Source of the DNA: Dudresnaya verticillata
Lineage: Eukaryota
Length of the DNA: 64,000 bases
Direction: 5' to 3'
NCBI GenBank assembly: GCA_977862235.1
Contig: OZ374564.1
Location: forward strand, 806,001 to 870,000
Of the stretch, positions 58,401-64,000 are shown in pieces (positions within the stretch are counted from its first letter, which is position 1; each line of letters opens with the position of its first letter). Made by a program: the position numbers and the translations under genes. Under the pieces are notes generated by a model. It ran no database searches. It was not told where the DNA came from and worked only from the letters and a program-made list of their open reading frames with translations.

Positions 58401-61400
58401 AGCTGGTACTGGTGTTGGTGGGGGTGGGGCAGATTTTCCGACTGCCTTACCCGGCGTCTTTCGATAGTATGGCAAGGTATTATACCTTTAAATCGCTCTC
58501 AGACACTCCTCTGGGCTCGTTCAATACAATGCGAAAGAGATTTGCGCCATGGTCACAACCTCATTGCACTCTTGTAACTCCTGTGGCACGTCGGGAAAGC
58601 TCCGAGTATGCACATCTACAGTTACATGAACGGAGCACCGGCTTTGGCGAGCAGAGCGAGGCGGACGCGGTATGGTAGAGGGGCAGGGCGGAAAGGCGCG
58701 CACAACGGCCCGGGCGGTGATGTGCGCGCAGAGAGATTTACTAATGGCGGTTATCGTGCCATAACGGTTTCGGAGCAGGTCTTTTAGGATTCGGAGCGGG
58801 AGGATCGTGGGCTGGCTTGGGCCTCAACGGATGTGATGACAGTTTTCAGGGCAAACATTGCCTGCGATAAGGCCAATGTGACACTGCGATGAACTCGGCG
58901 AAAGAAACTGCGAACCATGCGCAGAGCCGCTCGCTGCAGATGGGCAACCAATTGACTTAGCTCATTCTGAGCGCTCCTAAGTTGCTGGAATTCTTCTTCA
59001 AGTTCAACGAGTTGCGCTTCCACATCTTCAAGACTTATGTGTCCGTTTGCATCACGATTGTTCGCTACCTTCGGACGCTTCGTTTCTGCGGGCGAGGTGG
59101 CGCTGCAAAGCCGCGGTATTTCCCCTTGCTTCGGTAAGTTTCTCCTGGATAAACTTCAGCAGACGGTATATTTGACACACAACTGGCCACCCTAGTCGTT
59201 GAAGCTCGCGCTCCAAATACGATACCGTCTTTCTAATGGTCCCAAACACCTCCCATAATTCTGCTATTATCTCCTGAGCGGCGTGCAGCCTCCCGTCTAT
59301 TGTCTCTTGATAGATGTTGCGCATAGGGTGGGTTCTGGAACGTTCGTCTTACGGCGAAGTTAAAGTTTGCAAAGGTACTTGACGCCCAGGGCATCCCTTG
59401 TTCGTCAACAGGTGCTGTGGCCCCCAGAAGCTCATACATTGACTTTCCTTTCTTGTCTGCAAGAAAACCTCACGGGGTTTCGAAACGTAAAAATCACCCC
59501 AGTCGACTGTCGAGGAGCACTGCTCGGTCCCTCTCGATTCTCTCCCTTATCCTTGACGCCCATCAATACTACCCGCTTGTACAAAGACGGAAGTCGTACG
59601 GCGGAATCGAGCAGTCTGCAGGGCGTACCCTTGCAATACCGAGTACTGCTTCTTGATTGACACGGACTTGAGATTCGTGACTGTGTCCCTTCTGATTGGT
59701 GATCTGGCACGCTCGTCTCTCAAATCACACTGTGGTGTTCGCACTGGCGCTGGAGTGTATGGCGGAGTGGAGTGGTGCATACAGAGCGAGAGGAAAGCCC
59801 TTCCAATACCAGTCGTTTTAACTGCGATTCGGAGCAGCTCTAGGCATGCGCAAGCCTGTCATGCAGAATACCCCACCGCCACTGGAACAGTATTATATCG
59901 ATGTCCTTTCAGAAGCGCCCTCGTCCCTCCCCAATATTTCAGCTCTTCAGAACAAGTAGCGCACAACTATCGCGCCCTAGCGGGAACATCGATTTTGTTG
60001 CTTCACCTCGCCCGCCCTGAGTGCAAGGAGCATCCTGCACGAGTGCATTGCAAAAGGCTCAGACTCCCCTACCACAAGGGGTGGTAGGACATGGCCCAAG
60101 ACTCATCTGGGCAGGTTTCGGAAGCAGCAAACGTTCCAGTTCAGAACGAAGACGACTTCGGCGATGAGCTGCTTCCCGGAACAAAGCCCGGCGCACGAGT
60201 CATCTCACTCTCAACGGGGAACACGTTGCTACAGCAACCCTGCTACGACCTCATGATTTTAAGGAGGGTGCCGTTGATCCCAGTGGTCGATTCACCACAT
60301 ACCTGCACGGGCGCAACCTTGGGCCTCAACAACGTGATGGAGAAGTATGGGTTGTAGTTCACCTCGTGCGATGCCTCCGCAACTGCAATTCCTACGAAAA
60401 CCCGTTCCAGTACAAACCAGGCAGTACGCCTTGTCCGGAGACACTGAGTCGAATGCAGACTGGAAAACACGCCTGGGACCTATTCCAGATTGAGAACCTC
60501 GTAATCATCTACAATACAGAGCGCAGAAAAAGCTCAGGTGCGACTGTATCCGGAGTGGAAAAACGTGCGGTGGCTGACGCTAACCCACCAACACCCCCTC
60601 TGCTCAGGGTTCGCAAATCCGCTCCTCACCCAAAACAGCAGCATGGTGCGGAAGAAATGGCAGCGGCGAACAGCCCTTCAACACCACCGCCAGAGAAAGT
60701 CAATGAAGAGGAAGATGTCACAAAACGTCTGCAATACACACCTGCACGCCGGCCACCTATGCGTGAACGACCCCAGAAACCATCCAAGAGTAACGTCCCG
60801 GACGCCTTACCAGCCTCTTCGGCCCCAGTGTCTCTTGAACCCACGACTACACCCGTGAAAGAGAGAGATCCTCGTGTAGGCGTGACAGACAGTTAGAAGA
60901 GAACGAATTTGAGAGAACGCGCTGCGGGAAGGACCCCTGGTACCAAAGCGACCTAAGTGAACTTGCACAAGTCGAAAGGCGGCTCGTTCGTACTCGGAGT
61001 ACCCCTGCAAAGGGCGAAACGGCTTGCGGCGGGCTTGGTCCATTGCCTGGCGGCTTTGGACGAGTGCACACCCTTTCTCAGTCCCCCAACGGGCAGCAGG
61101 GACTGAGCCGGTGATCGTCGTTGCGACGCGCCGCGTGGGTCTGAGCGCGCATCAACCCAACGGAACCTCGGGGCGCAGGCCAGCACTAGAACAACGGTAC
61201 ATCCGGTTTCGGGTGTATCGGTTAAAGAAGAGTGCCTGTGGCCCTCCCGCCAGTGTCCTTGGGGGCCACGCGACAAGAAAGCTGTGTGTGACCGCTTCTC
61301 GGCCTGTGTCACACACGGATCCCCTCGCCTTCTAACGTAAAAACAGTGCTACAGCTGTTTTTACGGAATCTTGAAGGAGTTGCTTGGGGCGCCAAGGTCA

Positions 61401-61881
61401 AGAGATCCTGCGCCCAAACCCGTCGGAGGCGCCGGATCTGAGAAGAGAAGGCCCCAAGGTCTCCGTGGAGTGCCTGATCGTTCGCATTGGACGACGGGTT
61501 CCGGAGTTAGAAGAGGAAGAAGTTCGTCCCCGACAGGCCCTAAGTAGCGGTTACTGGCGCTTGTCACGGCTCCACTCGCTGAATTTGCCACGTGTAGGCG
61601 ACGACGGTGGAGCCAGCCTGTCTGATCCAATTCGAATTGGATCTTATCCCAATCTGCTTCCGTGGAGGCGACCAACCCGATTTCAACACGTGTACATCGT
61701 GTACACGTTTCACCCTCAGGGCCACCTCCTGAGCTCATTTCCGAGCTTACTGACACGTTTCCGACGTGTACACGTCTTCCACGTATTTCACCAAAACGTT
61801 CCAGAACATTCTACAAACTTCAAAAAGTTTCCTGAAAATCCCAAAAACAACAGAAAATCGCCAAAAAAATCCAAAAACAAC

Positions 61882-62979
61882 ATGAATCCCCCGATGAATC
61901 CTCCCATTCCCTCCCCTATTGCTGCGGACAGCCCAATGACGGATCACGATCCTACAGTGACCGTTTCGAAGAAGGACTGGGACCGCATGATGCACATGCT
62001 TGAGACTCTCAGTGCGAATCAAGCCGAGCTAAGCAAGACGCAAGCAGTTCTGGTTGGTCAGTTAACTCGAGCCAATGACCGCATCCAGGAGCTCGAGGCC
62101 GCGAAAGTCCCCCACTCGGATGACGCACCCGCTGCAGCGCCAATTCGACCTGAGCCCGTTGCTTCTGAGGCCCCACCAGCGGTACGCAAAACCGGCGCTT
62201 TTCAGTACAAGATCAAAGCTCCGAAGCCAGCGGCCGCCGCACCTGTGCCGCCTTGTCCTCAGTCCAACAAGGCTGCCTCCCCGAAAAAGAGTTGGGCACA
62301 AATCGCTGCCGCGCCCCGCCCTCGTCTCTCTGACGTCTCCGAGAACTCGCAGGAGGGTGTCCGCAAGTGCTTAGAGTTGCTCGAAATATCGACTCCGCAG
62401 CCGAAGCCGACGGCCGTTTACTTCCGAAATATCAAGCGGGCCCGCCTTGGCAAAGTCCGCACAGCCTTGAGGTACATGCTTCCTCACCCATGGTCCATCC
62501 TCGGTCTTTCCTTCATCGGACAGTCTGTCATTGAAATCGTTTGCCATGAAGGTTTGGTGGACCAAATTGTCGCCAAGCTGCGCATCATAGGCACAATTCA
62601 CATCAAGAATTTCGACCTTTTCGGCGACAACCTGAAGAAGTCGAACGATCGCACCAAGCAGGATCGTGCAGTTTCCAATCTGGAGAAAGCGCAATCCCGC
62701 CTCCAACGGCTGGTGGACACGTGTGTCAACCCAGCTGCCAAGGCTTGGTACACTCAAAATCTTCAGAAAGCTGAGCAACGCATTGCCGAAGTGTACAACG
62801 TTGCCCATGATGTGGAGTCCTCGGACTCCGAGGACAGCGGATATGATTCTGCGGATCTTGTTGACGGCACTGCTGACTCGCCTGACTTGTCCGCCGACCC
62901 CATGGCCGTCGACACGACCACCCCCGACACCCCCCAAACCGACCCGCACCCGGCGCACGAGGCGCCAAGTTCGAATTGA
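61882..62979 (+). CDS. LINE ORF1
   Basis: Copy of 18768-19865. Confidence 0.8.
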   Translation: MNPPMNPPIPSPIAADSPMTDHDPTVTVSKKDWDRMMHMLETLSANQAELSKTQAVLVGQLTRANDRIQELEAAKVPHSDDAPAAAPIRPEPVASEAPPAVRKTGAFQYKIKAPKPAAAAPVPPCPQSNKAASPKKSWAQIAAAPRPRLSDVSENSQEGVRKCLELLEISTPQPKPTAVYFRNIKRARLGKVRTALRYMLPHPWSILGLSFIGQSVIEIVCHEGLVDQIVAKLRIIGTIHIKNFDLFGDNLKKSNDRTKQDRAVSNLEKAQSRLQRLVDTCVNPAAKAWYTQNLQKAEQRIAEVYNVAHDVESSDSEDSGYDSADLVDGTADSPDLSADPMAVDTTTPDTPQTDPHPAHEAPSSN

Positions 62980-64000
62980 GTTGCCGATCTGCACCCTTAG
63001 AATCTGAAAAGTTGTCTCTGGCAACGTTTAACGTCCATGGCGTTCAAGGGAAAGAAGCCGAAGTCGAGGCCTTGGCATCCACCGTCCACATCCTTGGTCT
63101 CTGTGAAACCTGGATTCGTCCTCAGGATCTCCGAGCTTCACGGCAATTCGACGAGTCCGTCTCCGTCGTTCAAGATCATGGTGGGTGGCGCGGACAAGGT
63201 GGGGTGGCTCTGAAGGTTGCCCCCCTTGTGAACTACTCTGTGATTCTCCGCCATTCTCAAATCGACTATCAAGTTTTAGCAATCCGGGTTGGGGGAACCC
63301 ATATCGCCATGATATACCTCCGCCCCCATCTACAGAAGACCACCTTCTTTGATTGTCTGGACCGCGTACAGTCCTCCACTCGCGGTAAGACAGTCATCAT
63401 GGGCGACTTCAATGCCCGTCACACACGTTGGGACACTACTTCGAACCAACATGGTAAATGGTTGGTTGAATGGACGACCGCGCACCGTTGGTGCGTCCAC
63501 GCCCCGCCCTCACCAACGTTTGCAGCTCATCAAGGCACCAGTGCTGTTGACCTCTTCCTTACTAAGGGTGTTGACATCCCGGATGCCAAAATTCATTCCG
63601 GTCTGTGGGATGGCGCCAGTGATCATTCTGCAGTTCGAGCAAACATTGTGGACACCCCCGTTTACAAACTTGGCATACCCCGCATACCCCAAAGTCAACG
63701 TCGCCAGCCGACCTTTCTTCGTCAGGCAGCCGATCTCTATCGTCAAGAGATTCCGAACACTGCCAGTGAAATCACGTCGTGCACAACATCGCAAGAATTG
63801 GAGGACGCGTATTCGCGGCTGAAAGCCATGACTTTGCAACCTTGGGAGTCTGCCCGCAAACATCGTCCCCGTCGTTACAAGTACTTTTGGGACGGGGACC
63901 TCGATCATCTGAAGAAATTGCGGTCGAAGAAGTACAAACAAGCCACTCAACTCATGACGTCGGAGGCTTGGGAACAGTACAAGACCCTCAATCGACGGGT
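62976..64000 (+). CDS. LINE ORF2 N-terminal part (APE endonuclease), 3'-partial
   Basis: Copy of 19862 onward; runs off the window. Confidence 0.9.
   Translation, partial: MSCRSAPLESEKLSLATFNVHGVQGKEAEVEALASTVHILGLCETWIRPQDLRASRQFDESVSVVQDHGGWRGQGGVALKVAPLVNYSVILRHSQIDYQVLAIRVGGTHIAMIYLRPHLQKTTFFDCLDRVQSSTRGKTVIMGDFNARHTRWDTTSNQHGKWLVEWTTAHRWCVHAPPSPTFAAHQGTSAVDLFLTKGVDIPDAKIHSGLWDGASDHSAVRANIVDTPVYKLGIPRIPQSQRRQPTFLRQAADLYRQEIPNTASEITSCTTSQELEDAYSRLKAMTLQPWESARKHRPRRYKYFWDGDLDHLKKLRSKKYKQATQLMTSEAWEQYKTLNRR

Larger units (their letters stand above)
1..64000. repeat. Tandem array of a ~21,556-bp composite unit (~2.97 copies, extends beyond both window ends)
   Basis: Nearly every ORF recurs at +21,556 (e.g. 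3824/25380/46936; 19862/41418). The offset becomes 21,555 after a 1-bp deletion at ~48354 and 21,558 after a 3-bp insertion at ~59329. Confidence 0.98.
60893..64000 (+). mobile_element. APE-type non-LTR retrotransposon, 5' part, cut by window end
   Basis: Copy of 17779 onward. Confidence 0.8.

Noticed and set aside
1..64000. Host assignment (e.g. a red alga) and prokaryotic origin
   Set aside because: Copia and LINE elements show it is eukaryotic; nothing in the window fixes the taxon without a database search.

Overview
Eukaryotic, transposon-derived DNA. The whole window is a head-to-tail array of a ~21,556-bp unit (about 2.97 copies, running off both ends; copies differ only by scattered SNPs, a 1-bp deletion and a 3-bp insertion). 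Each unit contains: (i) an APE-type non-LTR retrotransposon (ORF1 plus EN-RT ORF2) preceded by a hairpin-rich stretch; (ii) a complete Ty1/Copia LTR retrotransposon (1074-bp 5' LTR, half-tRNA(iMet)-type PBS, 936-nt leader, 1440-aa polyprotein, 1033-bp 3' LTR); (iii) directly after the 3' LTR, a 940-bp PBS+leader segment and a third, inverted LTR; (iv) a frameshifted, 5'-disrupted bacterial-type beta-class N4C/N6A DNA methyltransferase gene; (v) about 5.4 kb of decayed unidentified ORFs. The most notable structural point is that the 940-bp segment between the inverted LTRs is in opposite orientation in unit 2 versus units 1 and 3, and LTR SNP patterns fit real recombination. No rRNA, tRNA or CRISPR was seen. 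The host cannot be identified from sequence alone. All family calls come from motif recognition, not database searches.
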